The notes under the pieces are model-generated. The model was not told where the DNA came from and ran no database searches. It was given only the letters and a program-made list of their open reading frames with translations. A stretch of 38,052 nt of DNA from Gemmatimonadota bacterium. Its GTDB lineage: Bacteria; Gemmatimonadota; Gemmatimonadetes; Gemmatimonadales; Gemmatimonadaceae. The stretch lies in NCBI GenBank assembly GCA_031372565.1, contig JANMLN010000112.1, positions 1-38,052 of the forward strand, written 5' to 3'. Below are positions 10,986 to 20,826 of the stretch, piece after piece. A program made the position numbers and the translations under genes. Numbering within the stretch: position 1 is the first letter of the stretch; each line of letters begins with the position of its first letter.

Positions 10986-12247
10986 GCGGTCTCTGCCTCC
11001 ACGTCGTCGTCGGGTTCGGGCGCGAGGCGCGCAATGTGCACGCGCGCGACCGCCCGGCGCCGTACCTGCTCGACCACGATCAGGAACCCCTCGAGCTCCA
11101 GCTCCTCCCCCGGCTTCGGCAGGCGACCGAGCGCCTCCATCACGAGACCGCCAATGGTCGCGACCGACACGCGTTCCCACCGGTGCCCGGTGAGCTCCGA
11201 GAGGTCGTCCAGCGAGCAGCGTCCCGGTACCCAGAACCGGCCGCCGTCATCGCGGCGCACCTCCGGCTCGGCGTCGTCGTACTCGTCGCGAATCTCCCCC
11301 ACGATCTCCTCGAGCACATCCTCGATCGTGACCATGCCGGCCGTGCCACCGAACTCGTCCACGACGATCGCGATGTGCGTGCGGCTCGCGCGAAACTCGC
11401 GCAGCTGCTCGTCGATGCGCTTGGTGGTTGGAATCAGCAGCGGCGCGCGGGCCAGTTGCTCCCAGCCGCCCGCCGGTTCCTCGTCGGCCAGCACGGCGGC
11501 GAGCAGGTCTTTCGCGTACAGCACGCCACGAATGTCGTCGATCGTTTCGAGGTACACCGGGAGCCGTGCGTGCTCCGAACGGCGCACCGTCTCGAGCACC
11601 GTGCCCCACGGGGTACCCGACTCGACGCCGAGGATGTCCACGCGGGGCACCATGATGTCGCGCACCTCGATCTCGCGCAGGTGGAGAATGCGCTTGAGCA
11701 GTTCCTCCTCTTCCTCGCTGACCTCGGCTTCCGCGGCGACCACCTCGCTGAACTGATCCACCTTCTGGTCGCGCGACTCGCGATCGGCGGGCGGCGGCGG
11801 CAAGAGCTCGAGCAGCACGCGGTCCACCCACCGTGACAGCGCCAGCGCGGGCAGTGCCGTGACTTCGAGCGCCATCACGACCGGCTCGATCGCGCGGAGC
11901 CCGTCGACGCCCACCGCATCGCCGAGGGCGAGCGAGAATCCTTCGAGCACCACCACCGCAACGACGGCGCCGGCGAGCGCCACCAGGAGCGCGGGGAGTG
12001 TCGGCCGATCCGCCAGGGCGAGCGGCACGGCCATGGCCGCCCCCGCCGCCAACTGCAGCAGCCGCCGCGAGAACACGAGGGCGCGCTGCACCGGCTCCCG
12101 TCGCGAGAGCAGCGCGCGCAGGCGCGGTGGCGCGCTGGGCGCCGGCACATGGTCGAGCGGCACCGATTGCAGGGCGCCGTCGGCGATGGCGCTCAGCATC
12201 GCCAACACCGCAGCGGTGAGGGCGATCGCGAGCACGAGGGGGGTCAT
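10982..12247 (-). CDS. Hemolysin/CorB-CorC family protein (TM + CBS pair + CorC_HlyC)
   Basis: IMVPRVD, HARLPVY, AIVVDEFGGTAGMVTIEDVLEEIVGEIRDEYD, TIGGLVMEALGRLPKPGE. Confidence 0.9.
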   Translation of the reverse strand: MTPLVLAIALTAAVLAMLSAIADGALQSVPLDHVPAPSAPPRLRALLSRREPVQRALVFSRRLLQLAAGAAMAVPLALADRPTLPALLVALAGAVVAVVVLEGFSLALGDAVGVDGLRAIEPVVMALEVTALPALALSRWVDRVLLELLPPPPADRESRDQKVDQFSEVVAAEAEVSEEEEELLKRILHLREIEVRDIMVPRVDILGVESGTPWGTVLETVRRSEHARLPVYLETIDDIRGVLYAKDLLAAVLADEEPAGGWEQLARAPLLIPTTKRIDEQLREFRASRTHIAIVVDEFGGTAGMVTIEDVLEEIVGEIRDEYDDAEPEVRRDDGGRFWVPGRCSLDDLSELTGHRWERVSVATIGGLVMEALGRLPKPGEELELEGFLIVVEQVRRRAVARVHIARLAPEPDDDVEAETA

Positions 12248-12684
12248 CGCGAGGTCCGGCCCCACAGGCGCGCGAGGAGCCGCTCCTGCCGCTTCCACAT
12301 GGGCGACGTGAGCCGGGCCTCGCCATCGGGATGATCATGCCCGAGCACGTGCAACGTCCCGTGCACGATCAGGCGCGCCAGTTCCTCGCGCACCCCCACG
12401 CCGAACGCCTTCGCGTTCGCACGTGCCACGCCGGGCGCGATGTAGATGTCGCCGACCAGGCGCGGGCCGTCGCGAAACGCGAACGAGATCACGTCGGTCG
12501 GACCGGGGTGACCGAGGTGCTGCTGGTTGAGGGCGGCGATCGCGCGATCGCTCACGAGGGCAATCGACAGGAAGGCTGCGCGCGCCTTCTCGGCCGTCAG
12601 CACCCCGCGCGCGAGCTGGACAATCAGCTCGCGGCGCACCCCTGCGCGCACGCCATCCACGGTCACATCGATCACGAGCGGCAT
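12244..12684 (-). CDS. ybeY: rRNA maturation endoribonuclease YbeY
   Basis: PTDVISF, GDIYI, HGTLHVLGHDH (H3xH5xH); lies in the phoH-ybeY-corC context. Confidence 0.93.
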   Translation of the reverse strand: MPLVIDVTVDGVRAGVRRELIVQLARGVLTAEKARAAFLSIALVSDRAIAALNQQHLGHPGPTDVISFAFRDGPRLVGDIYIAPGVARANAKAFGVGVREELARLIVHGTLHVLGHDHPDGEARLTSPMWKRQERLLARLWGRTSR

Positions 12685-12688
12685 CGGC

Positions 12689-13642
12689 TTAGCGCTCGGC
12701 ATCCGCCGCATACGCCTTGATGATGTTGCGCACCAACCGGTGGCGCACCACGTCGGTGTCGTCGAAATAGTGGATGCCGATGCCGTCGATGCCCTTGAGG
12801 ATCCGCTCCACCTGCAACAGCCCGGAATCCTCACGCTTCGGCAGGTCCACTTGCGTCGTGTCGCCGGTGATCACCGCACGCGAGTTGGCCCCGAGTCGCG
12901 TGAGGAACATCTTCATCTGCAGCTCGGTCGCGTTCTGCGCTTCGTCGAGGATCACGAACGCATCGCCCAGCGTGCGCCCGCGCATGTACGCGAGCGGCGC
13001 GATCTCGATGGTGCGCGACTCGAGGGCGCGCTGCATGCGCTCCAGCGGCATCATGTCCTCGAGCGCGTCGTACAGCGGCCGGAGGTACGGATCGACCTTC
13101 GCCTGCATGTCGCCGGGGAGGAACCCCAGGCTCTCGCCCGCCTCGACGGCCGGCCGTGCCAACACGATGCGCCGGACGCGCCGGCGTGCGAGGGCGTCCA
13201 CCGCCGCCGCCACCGCGAGGTACGTCTTGCCCGTGCCGGCCGGTCCGATCCCGATGACGATGTCCTGCTCCTGCAGCATGCGGAGATACGCGGTCTGACC
13301 CGGCGTCTTGGGCTGGATGACCTTGCGGACGCCCGGCAGCACGATGCGCGCTTCGCCATCGGGCACGCCGCCATCACGCTGCACTTCGAGCGTCAGGCGC
13401 AACACGTCATCGGCCTCGAGCGGAATGCGCTGACGGGCGGCATCGATCATCCGCTGCGCAACCGGTGCGGCGCGCTCCACCGCCTCGGCCGGACCGGCCA
13501 GGGTCATGGCATCGCCACGGAGGGAGACGCGGGCACCGGTCTGGCGCGTGAGCTCGATCAGGTTCGAATCGTTGACGCCGGCGAGCGTCAACGGATCGGC
13601 GCCCTCGGCGGACAGGCGGTGCGTGGTCTGGACGTCGGCCAT
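12689..13642 (-). CDS. phoH: PhoH-family ATPase (YbeZ)
   Basis: [53 protein letters not shown]. Confidence 0.95.
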   Translation of the reverse strand: MADVQTTHRLSAEGADPLTLAGVNDSNLIELTRQTGARVSLRGDAMTLAGPAEAVERAAPVAQRMIDAARQRIPLEADDVLRLTLEVQRDGGVPDGEARIVLPGVRKVIQPKTPGQTAYLRMLQEQDIVIGIGPAGTGKTYLAVAAAVDALARRRVRRIVLARPAVEAGESLGFLPGDMQAKVDPYLRPLYDALEDMMPLERMQRALESRTIEIAPLAYMRGRTLGDAFVILDEAQNATELQMKMFLTRLGANSRAVITGDTTQVDLPKREDSGLLQVERILKGIDGIGIHYFDDTDVVRHRLVRNIIKAYAADAER

Positions 13643-13671
13643 CAGTCGGCGATCGGGGCGATGTGGAGCGG

Positions 13672-15432
13672 CTAGAGGTCCGCCGCCGCGATCGGCGTGG
13701 GGGCACCCTCGAACAAGGCGCGCGCTGCCGTCGTCTTTGGGAACGCGATCACGTCACGCAGCGAACTGGTGCCCGAGAGCAGCATCGCGATGCGATCGAA
13801 GCCGAGCGCGAAGCCGCCGTGCGGCGGCGCACCCGCAGCGAGACCATCGAGCATGAAGCCGAAGCGCTTCTGTTGATCGGCATCGCTGATGCCGAGCAGC
13901 CGGAACACCGTCCCCTGCAGCACGGGATCGATGATGCGAATGGAGCCGGAGCCCAGTTCGTTGCCGTTGTAGACCGCGTCGTAATGCAGCGCACGGCAGC
14001 GGTCGGGTTCCGTATCGAGAAACGACCGATCGTCCGGATGCGGCGACGTGAACGGGTGATGCGCGAAGACGCGCGCCCCCGTGTCGGGATCGGGCTCGAA
14101 GAGCGGAAAGTCGACAATCCAGCAGAAGGCGTGCTTCGCTTCGGGCTCCACGCCCGGGCGCTTGATGGCCAGCATGCGCACGTTGTGCAGCGCAGGACTC
14201 GTGATGTGATCGGGCCCGCTCACCGCGAGCAGCAGGTCGCCCGCGCTTCCGCCGATCGCGTCCAGCGCCGACGCACCGATCGCCTTGACGCCCTGCCCCT
14301 CCCATCCGGTGTCGGTCCGCTTCGCCCAGATGAGTCCGCCCGCCTTGGCCTCCTTGGCCGCGGCGGCCATCGCGTCGATCTCCTTGCGCGAGACGTCGGC
14401 TGCGTTCGACACCCGTAGCGCGCGCACCCGTCCGCCGACCGTGATCGCGTCGCGCACGAAGCTCGCCGCGTCGTCGCCCACGTGCGCCGTCACGTCGGTG
14501 ATCTTGAGCGACGCGAAGCGAAGATCCGGTTTGTCGACGCCGTACGCTTCCATCGCGTCGTGCCACTTCATGCGCAGGAAGGGCGCGCTGACGCTCTCGC
14601 CGGCTTCGGCCCACAAGTCGACCAGGACCTGCTCGACGACGCGTTGCACGTCGCGTTGATCGACGAAGCTCATCTCGAGGTCGATCTGCGTGAATTCGAG
14701 TTGGCGGTCCGCACGCAGGTCTTCATCGCGAAAACAGCGCGCGATCTGGAAGTAGCGGTCGAAACCCGCCACCATCAGCATCTGCTTGTAGATCTGCGGC
14801 GACTGCGGCAGCGCATAGAACTCGCCCGCATGCACGCGGCTCGGCACGAGGAAGTCGCGCGCCCCCTCGGGGGTGGGCTTGGTGAGAATCGGGGTCTCGA
14901 TCTCGAAGAACCCCATGCCGGTCATGCTCGCGCGCGCGCGCTGCAGCAGCCGATGGCGCAGCATGAGATTGGCCTGCAATTCCGGGCGGCGAAGGTCGAG
15001 CAGTCGGTGCTTGAGGCGCAGTTCCTCGGCCGGCAGCTGCGACCCCTTGCCGCGCGCAACCGGAATGGCCGGCGTCACCGCGGGGCCGACAACGCGGATC
15101 GACGAGGCCTTGAGCTCGATGTCGCCCGTGGGCATGTCGCTGTTGCGCATCTCGCTCGGCCGGAGCGACACGGTGCCTTCGACAATGACCGTGCTCTCGA
15201 GTCCGGCGGCCTGCGCGCCGGCGATCACCTCGGGCGCGGCGAACTTCGGGTCGAACGAGACTTGGACGAGCCCGAGCCGGTCGCGCAGATCGAGGAACAC
15301 GATGCCGCCCAGGTCGCGACTGCGATGTACCCATCCGCCGAGAACAACGGTCTGTCCGTCATGTTCGGCGCGGAGTGCGCCGCAGAGATGGGTGCGGAGC
15401 GACGTGGCGAGCGGATCGGGTGAGTCGGGCAC
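13672..15432 (-). CDS. aspS: Aspartate--tRNA ligase
   Basis: [66 protein letters not shown]. Start placed at GTG 15432 because the longer ORF runs through REP repeats. Confidence 0.95.
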   Translation of the reverse strand: MPDSPDPLATSLRTHLCGALRAEHDGQTVVLGGWVHRSRDLGGIVFLDLRDRLGLVQVSFDPKFAAPEVIAGAQAAGLESTVIVEGTVSLRPSEMRNSDMPTGDIELKASSIRVVGPAVTPAIPVARGKGSQLPAEELRLKHRLLDLRRPELQANLMLRHRLLQRARASMTGMGFFEIETPILTKPTPEGARDFLVPSRVHAGEFYALPQSPQIYKQMLMVAGFDRYFQIARCFRDEDLRADRQLEFTQIDLEMSFVDQRDVQRVVEQVLVDLWAEAGESVSAPFLRMKWHDAMEAYGVDKPDLRFASLKITDVTAHVGDDAASFVRDAITVGGRVRALRVSNAADVSRKEIDAMAAAAKEAKAGGLIWAKRTDTGWEGQGVKAIGASALDAIGGSAGDLLLAVSGPDHITSPALHNVRMLAIKRPGVEPEAKHAFCWIVDFPLFEPDPDTGARVFAHHPFTSPHPDDRSFLDTEPDRCRALHYDAVYNGNELGSGSIRIIDPVLQGTVFRLLGISDADQQKRFGFMLDGLAAGAPPHGGFALGFDRIAMLLSGTSSLRDVIAFPKTTAARALFEGAPTPIAAADL

Positions 15433-15452
15433 GGTGGGCGGCGGAGGTGGGC

Positions 15453-15531
15453 GACGACGTTGTGAAGCAGGTCCTTCGCTACGCTCAGGACGACGTGGTG
15501 AAGCAGGTCCTTCGCTACGCTCAGGACGACG
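15453..15531. repeat. Tandem REP-like repeat, 36-bp period, 2 copies
   Basis: GTGAAGCAGGTCCTTCGCTACGCTCAGGACGACG at 15462-15495 and 15498-15531 (identical), each with an internal GTCCT...AGGAC stem. Confidence 0.9.
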
Positions 15532-15605
15532 GGCAGGAATCCGATCAGGATGCCGGAAAACGTGGAAATCTATGTAGGACAGCGACTTACGGCTAGCGGC
15601 TGTCA

Positions 15606-15634
15606 TTGACTCTGCCCTCGGTCTCCGCTAGACT
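15606..15634 (+). promoter_or_regulatory. Sigma70-type promoter for rlmN
   Basis: TTGACT-N17-TAGACT, about 90 nt upstream of the rlmN ATG in an otherwise GC-rich region. Confidence 0.65.
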
Positions 15635-15723
15635 TAACTTCAAGTGGGACTTTGGGTTGCGCGTTCGCGTGGCCTGCCGGCTGGGCCGGCGTTCCCGTCA
15701 CATCTCTGCATCCTTCGGGTCTT

Positions 15724-16782
15724 ATGTCCGCTCGCGCCAACCTCCTCGACTTCACCCCCGCCGAGGCCACCGAACGCCTCAAGGCGTGGTGCGCCGAGCG
15801 GGGCGAGGCGGCGTACCGGGCCGATCAGGTGGTGCGACACCTCTGGGTGCAGCCAGCCGCAGACTTCGAGGGTATCACGACGCTGCCCAAGGCGCTCCGC
15901 GGCAAGCTCGCTGAAGACTTCTACATCGGTCGTCTGGAGCTCACGGCGCGGCAGAAGTCCGAGGACGGCACGCAGAAATTCCTGTTCAAGCTGTTCGATG
16001 GCGAGCAGATCGAGACCGTCGCCATTCCCGACGGCGATCGGATGACGCTCTGCATCTCGTCGCAGGCCGGCTGCGCGCTCAAGTGCGCCTTCTGCGCCAC
16101 GGGTGCCATGGGCTACGTGCGCAACCTGACGGCGGGCGAGATCGCAGGCCAGGTGCGCGAGTTGCGCCTGCTCGCCGACGGCCCCATTGCCGCCACCAAC
16201 ATCGTCTTCATGGGCATGGGCGAACCGCTCATGAACTGGAAGGCGGTCGAGAAGGTGCTCACGATCCTCAACGATCCGCTCGGGCTCGGCATCGGCGCGC
16301 GTCACATCACGCTCTCCACGGTCGGGGTGCTGCCCGGCATCGTCGCGTTGGGCAAGCGACCCGAGCAGTTCCGCCTGGCCATCAGCATTCACGCGCCAAC
16401 CGATGATCTCCGCGCGCGGCTCATGCCGGTGAACACCAAGTATCCGCTGGAAGATGTCATCAAGGCGGCCAAGGTGTTCGACCGTCGGGTGACGTTCGAG
16501 TACGTCATGTTGGGCGGCGTCAACGACGGCCCGGAGCACGCGCTGCAGCTCGCCAACCTCGCGATCGAGTGCGCGGCATTCGTGAACCTGATTCCGCTCC
16601 ACCCGGGCGGCAGCCAGGGGTTCAAGGCCACGAGCCGCGACGAGATCGTCAAGTTCGCGCGTGAGCTGCGGAAAGCCGGGGTGGAAACGGCCATCCGCAA
16701 GAGCCGCGGCATCGACATTGCAGCGGCGTGCGGGCAGCTCAAGACGGAGAAAGTGACGAAGCGCGAGAAGGCGCCGGCGTAG
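15724..16782 (+). CDS. rlmN: 23S rRNA (A2503-C2) radical-SAM methyltransferase RlmN
   Basis: CISSQAGCALKCAFC (CxxxCxxC), VFMGMGEP, ITLSTVG, GIDIAAACGQL. Confidence 0.95.
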   Translation: MSARANLLDFTPAEATERLKAWCAERGEAAYRADQVVRHLWVQPAADFEGITTLPKALRGKLAEDFYIGRLELTARQKSEDGTQKFLFKLFDGEQIETVAIPDGDRMTLCISSQAGCALKCAFCATGAMGYVRNLTAGEIAGQVRELRLLADGPIAATNIVFMGMGEPLMNWKAVEKVLTILNDPLGLGIGARHITLSTVGVLPGIVALGKRPEQFRLAISIHAPTDDLRARLMPVNTKYPLEDVIKAAKVFDRRVTFEYVMLGGVNDGPEHALQLANLAIECAAFVNLIPLHPGGSQGFKATSRDEIVKFARELRKAGVETAIRKSRGIDIAAACGQLKTEKVTKREKAPA

Positions 16783-16888
16783 CGCCTCGCGGGACACCGT
16801 CGGACCTGCGGCTTGCCGTCCCAGGCGAGCGGGCGGACATTGCACCCACCCGGTTCGCCCTCCCGCACGCCACTCCTCGCCGAGGCTC

Positions 16889-17290
16889 GTGATGTCCTGG
16901 CTCCATCGCTCGATCAAGTGGATCATGATCGTCGCCGGCGTGCTCACGTGCACCATGTTCCAGGCGGTGCTCGCGCCGCAGGCCGTGCTGCAGTCCTTCT
17001 TCGGCGAGACGGTGCCGGGCGCCGCTGCCGACGTGGTCGTCCGCAACTGGGGGGCGCTCATCGGCGTGACCGGGCTCGGCTTGCTGTACGGCGCCTTCAA
17101 CGTGAAGGCGCGCGCCACCTGCCTGCTCTTCGCGACCACCAGCAAGGTGGTGTTCATCGCGCTCGTGCTCGGGCTCAACCGAGCCGCGACGGCGCATCAG
17201 GCGGGGGTGGCCGTCGTGGCCGATGCGGTCATGGTCGTGCTGTTCGTGGCGTATCTGCTCGCCAACGCCACGTCGTCGGCCGCGTCGTGA
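16889..17290 (+). CDS. Hypothetical 4-TM membrane protein
   Basis: Four hydrophobic segments, VRNWGALIG motif, coding-like GC3 pattern; fills the gap between rlmN and the convergent yqeK. Confidence 0.7.
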   Translation: MMSWLHRSIKWIMIVAGVLTCTMFQAVLAPQAVLQSFFGETVPGAAADVVVRNWGALIGVTGLGLLYGAFNVKARATCLLFATTSKVVFIALVLGLNRAATAHQAGVAVVADAVMVVLFVAYLLANATSSAAS

Positions 17291-17369
17291 CGTAGGAGAA
17301 CGCGTCGTTGCGATCGCTCGGGATCACGAGATCAGCGCGCGACACCGTGTCGGTCTCGGGCGACGCGCC

Positions 17370-17942
17370 CTACCGCACCGCGTTCCACATCGCGACCGTC
17401 TGCGGGAAGAGCGCCTTCCCCTCCCGCAGCGTCCACTCGAACCGGTGGCGCACCACTTGCCGGAAGACACCGTGGAAGTCCAGTACCACATGCTGCGCGA
17501 GAAAGCCGCGATCAGCGACAGCAAACGGACGCCCCGGTTCGAGATAGTCCGCCATGTATAGCGCCTGACCTGTCCGGCCCCATGTGCCAGAGCCGGTGGT
17601 ATGCCAGCGAATCGCATCAAGCACGTCGCCACGCAGCTCGCCCTGCTGCGCCAGCCGATTGGCGGCGGCGGGCCCGTGCAGCGTACCGAAGGGACTCTCC
17701 ATGTCGCCGGTCGCGGCTCGCAGCGTTGGCTCATCACAGTCCCGCAGGGCGTCGTGCCATCGCCCTGCATCGTGCCATGCCTGGCGTTCCGCGTCACCCA
17801 GGCGCAGTGCACCGGCCCACAGGTCGAGCAACTGCGTGACGCGCTCGATGTGCGCGCGCCGCTTGGACGAGACCACGGCCCAGTCGGGTAGCACCACGGG
17901 CGGCGCTGGAGGTCCCGACTCCGGCAGCGGCATTCCCGTCAC
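17370..17942 (-). CDS. yqeK: YqeK-like HD-domain hydrolase (putative Ap4A symmetrical hydrolase)
   Basis: [38 protein letters not shown] follow the YqeK motif order. Confidence 0.78.
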   Translation of the reverse strand: MTGMPLPESGPPAPPVVLPDWAVVSSKRRAHIERVTQLLDLWAGALRLGDAERQAWHDAGRWHDALRDCDEPTLRAATGDMESPFGTLHGPAAANRLAQQGELRGDVLDAIRWHTTGSGTWGRTGQALYMADYLEPGRPFAVADRGFLAQHVVLDFHGVFRQVVRHRFEWTLREGKALFPQTVAMWNAVR

Positions 17943-20023
17943 TGCGCCTCCGTGATGCGCCGCGCAAGATCCTCGAGCGTGTGCGCCACCTCGCGCAACT
18001 CCTGCGTCGCGCCCTCCATCTCGCGCATCGCCTGCGCCTGCGCGCGGGCACCCTCGGTCACCGACTCCGCACTATCCTGATTGCGGCGGGAGATCTCGGT
18101 GATGCGCGCGACCCGGTCGCGCAGTCGCCCGAACTGTTCCTCCTGATCCCGCGACGTGACCGCGATGCGCTGCACCCCCTCGGCGCTCGACCCCGTGGCC
18201 TCCAGGATGCCCTGCAGGGCGGTTTGGGCTGATGCGGCCAGCGACTCGACGTCGCGCACCATGACCTCCCCGCGCTCCATCTGCCGTGCCACGAGCCGCG
18301 TCTGCTCGCTGAAGCCGTACACCAACTCGCCGACCTCCGCCGTCGTCTTCGCGCTGGCGGCTGCGAGCTTGCGGACCTCGTCGGCCACGACGGCGAAGCC
18401 CTGCCCTTCCGCCCCCGCGCGTGCGGCCTCGATCGCGGCGTTGAGCGCCAACAGGTTGGTCTGGTCCGCGAGTTCGCGGATGTCGCCGATGAAGTCGGTC
18501 ACGCGCTGCGTGCTCTTGGTCAGCTCGTGCACGTGCGTGGCGCTCTCCGAGATGAACCCCTTGGCGCCGACCAGCCGCTCGAGGGCCACGCCGATCGTGT
18601 CGCGATGCTCGAGGGCCGACTCGCGCGCGCGCACGGCCGCGCCCGCGGCAAAGCTGCCTTCGCGCACCACCTGATCGGTCGCATGGGCCATGTCACGCGT
18701 GACGTCGAGGGCAGAGAGCAACTGCTCCCCTTCCTCGCCGATCGCGCGCGTGATCTCACCCACGGTGCGTGCCACCGCCTCGCCGCCGGAGCGCAGCTGC
18801 CGGGCCGAGTCCGCGAGCGTCGTGATCTGCTTGCCCAATCGCACCACCGCGTCCAGCAGCGGCTGGCGCAGATCGTGGATGTGGAGCGTGGTGGCCAGCT
18901 GCGTGCTGAAGCGCCGCACGAGGTCCAGCTCCTTGTCGCGATACATCGACGGCTTCACGTGCTCGATCTCGAGCAGGCCCACGTTGCGGTCGCCGAAGCG
19001 GAGCGCGGCAAAGGCCATCGAGCGCACGTCGTCCGAGCGGCCGCGCACGCGAGGATCGCGCCGGGCGTCGTTCACGGCAATCGGCGCGGCCGATTCGAGC
19101 GCCTGACGGCGGAGTTCGCGCCCTGCCTCCGGTTCGGCAAAGGCGACGCTCACACTCTGGCCGCCGCCCTCGTACAAGAGCGTCAGTTGGTCCCCCGTCA
19201 CGCGCCAGATGCGCAGCGACGTCCAGTCGACCAGGCGGCGTGCCAGTCCCTCGATCCGGCCGAACGCCTCCTCGAGCGTCGCATCGGACGCGACGACGAG
19301 CTCCATCGCGAGGATCTTGTTCAGTTCTTCCGCCGCGATCGATTCTTCGAGAATGCGCTTGAGCAGCAGCCCGGAGAAGCCGAGGACCAGCGATGCGACG
19401 AGCGCGCCCACCCATCCGACCGACTGGATCGCGACGAGGGCAATCGTGACGGCGGCCGTGCCGGCGCCAAACGTGATGACCTCGTAGCGCAGGATGAGCG
19501 AGCGCTCCTCCGGGTAGAGCTTGTCGCGTGCGATCAGCGTGAAGTACAGCAGGCCGCGGCTGAGCAGGAAATGCGTGAAGGTGAGCAGCGCGAACCCCGG
19601 CAGCGTGTCGGCGGACAATCCGCTGAAGCGTGCCGTACCGGTGGCCGCGGCCGACGCCGCATAGAAGCCGAACGACGCCATGAGCGCCACGACCTCGCGA
19701 CCGGCATTGATGAACGACGGCCGCGTCGGCTTGCCGAGCACGAACCGATCCGCGACGAGCACTCCGGCATACAGCGCGAGCGCCGTCCCGGCCGCCCCGA
19801 GCACGAACGTGCCGCCGACGGCCACCATCGAGAGCAGGTTGAGCGCCGAGTACTTGGTCGTGGGAATCTGGAAGGCGCGCAGCGCGGCCGTCGCGATGAA
19901 GAGCAGCAGGACGCCGTATCCGGCTTCGAGGCTCCAGTGCGAGGACGTGAGCACGGCGCCCACGAGCAGCAGCATGCCGCCGATCGTGACCGAGCTCGGA
20001 TACCAGGCGAGGAGCCGGCCCAC
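17939..20023 (-). CDS. Methyl-accepting chemotaxis protein with multi-TM sensor and GAF domain
   Basis: About 220 aa of hydrophobic helices, a GAF region (VNDARRDPR...RSMAFAAL...VGLLEI...ATTL), and the MA signature [31 protein letters not shown]. Confidence 0.9.
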   Translation of the reverse strand: MGRLLAWYPSSVTIGGMLLLVGAVLTSSHWSLEAGYGVLLLFIATAALRAFQIPTTKYSALNLLSMVAVGGTFVLGAAGTALALYAGVLVADRFVLGKPTRPSFINAGREVVALMASFGFYAASAAATGTARFSGLSADTLPGFALLTFTHFLLSRGLLYFTLIARDKLYPEERSLILRYEVITFGAGTAAVTIALVAIQSVGWVGALVASLVLGFSGLLLKRILEESIAAEELNKILAMELVVASDATLEEAFGRIEGLARRLVDWTSLRIWRVTGDQLTLLYEGGGQSVSVAFAEPEAGRELRRQALESAAPIAVNDARRDPRVRGRSDDVRSMAFAALRFGDRNVGLLEIEHVKPSMYRDKELDLVRRFSTQLATTLHIHDLRQPLLDAVVRLGKQITTLADSARQLRSGGEAVARTVGEITRAIGEEGEQLLSALDVTRDMAHATDQVVREGSFAAGAAVRARESALEHRDTIGVALERLVGAKGFISESATHVHELTKSTQRVTDFIGDIRELADQTNLLALNAAIEAARAGAEGQGFAVVADEVRKLAAASAKTTAEVGELVYGFSEQTRLVARQMERGEVMVRDVESLAASAQTALQGILEATGSSAEGVQRIAVTSRDQEEQFGRLRDRVARITEISRRNQDSAESVTEGARAQAQAMREMEGATQELREVAHTLEDLARRITEAQ

Positions 20024-20025
20024 GC

Positions 20026-20826
20026 CTAACCCTCGTCCAGCGCCAGGCGCAACGAGCGAACGAGTGCGATGGCCTCGTCCACGGAGCGGCCGGCGGCGGC
20101 CACGAGCGCCGAGCCGACGACGACGCCATCGGCGAGACGCCCCACGTCGCGCGCCTGTGCCGGCGTCGAGATGCCGAAGCCGACACAGACCGGCAGCGTC
20201 GTCGCGGCCTTGAGGCGGTCGACGGTCGCGGGAAGGTCGCGGGAGACCGTCGCGCTCGCGCCGGTCACGCCCAACCGGCTGATGAGGTACACGAAGCCGC
20301 GGCCGTGTCGACCGATCACCGCCATCCGGTCGCTCGGTGTCGTGGGTGCCACGAGCCGGACGAACGCGAGCGGACCGTCTCCGATCCAGCGTTCGCGCTC
20401 GGGATCGGCACCCACCGGCAGGTCGGTGAGCAGGAGGCCACTGATGCCGGACCGCGCCGCGCGGACGAGGACGTCGGGGCCCGCCGCGATCAGCGGGTTG
20501 AGATAGGTGAAGAGCACGAGCGGCACGTCCACGCGCGCGTCGCGGGCCAGCGCGAGCGTGCCGTCGAGCGTCATGCCCTGGTCCAGGGCGCGCTGCGAAC
20601 TCGCCTGGATGACGGGACCGTCCGCCAGCGGGTCGGAGAACGGCACGCCCAGCTCGATCACGTCGGCCCCGGCCGCCGCCACGCCGCGCACGAGCGCCAG
20701 CGACGTCGCGGGGTCGGGATACCCGGCTGTGAGGTAGCAGACGAGGGCGCGGCGGTGCTGGCGGCGGAGCGCGTCGAAGCGCGCGGTCAGGGCATCAGCG
20801 GAAATAATCACCGATGCGGATGCCAT
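20026..20826 (-). CDS. trpA: Tryptophan synthase alpha chain
   Basis: [49 protein letters not shown]. Start uncertain; it overlaps the upstream gene by 32 bp. Confidence 0.95.
   Translation of the reverse strand: MASASVIISADALTARFDALRRQHRRALVCYLTAGYPDPATSLALVRGVAAAGADVIELGVPFSDPLADGPVIQASSQRALDQGMTLDGTLALARDARVDVPLVLFTYLNPLIAAGPDVLVRAARSGISGLLLTDLPVGADPERERWIGDGPLAFVRLVAPTTPSDRMAVIGRHGRGFVYLISRLGVTGASATVSRDLPATVDRLKAATTLPVCVGFGISTPAQARDVGRLADGVVVGSALVAAAGRSVDEAIALVRSLRLALDEG

Noticed and set aside
9105..11756. 883-aa plus-strand ORF and similar long antisense ORFs (6769-8736, 22219-24384, 27932-29506, 15640-17178, 32858-34642)
   Set aside because: Shadow frames of well-supported genes on the opposite strand in high-GC DNA; no recognisable motifs.
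13672..13674. Genome-wide TAG recoding (Pyl or Gln) to explain the aspS amber codon
   Set aside because: TAG ends lexA, rlmN, trpA and the mutase at expected C-termini, and no pyl genes are in the window.
15453..15531. 36-bp-period repeats as a CRISPR array
   Set aside because: Only two adjacent units with no unique spacers, and no cas genes nearby.
15433..15606. N-terminal extension of AspRS in the ORF track
   Set aside because: It is a translation of REP repeats and promoter DNA; homology starts near LRTHLCG.
17291..17369. Possible ncRNA between convergent genes
   Set aside because: Only short GC-rich stems (CGCGTCG...CGACGCG), which are expected by chance or as a weak terminator; no family features.
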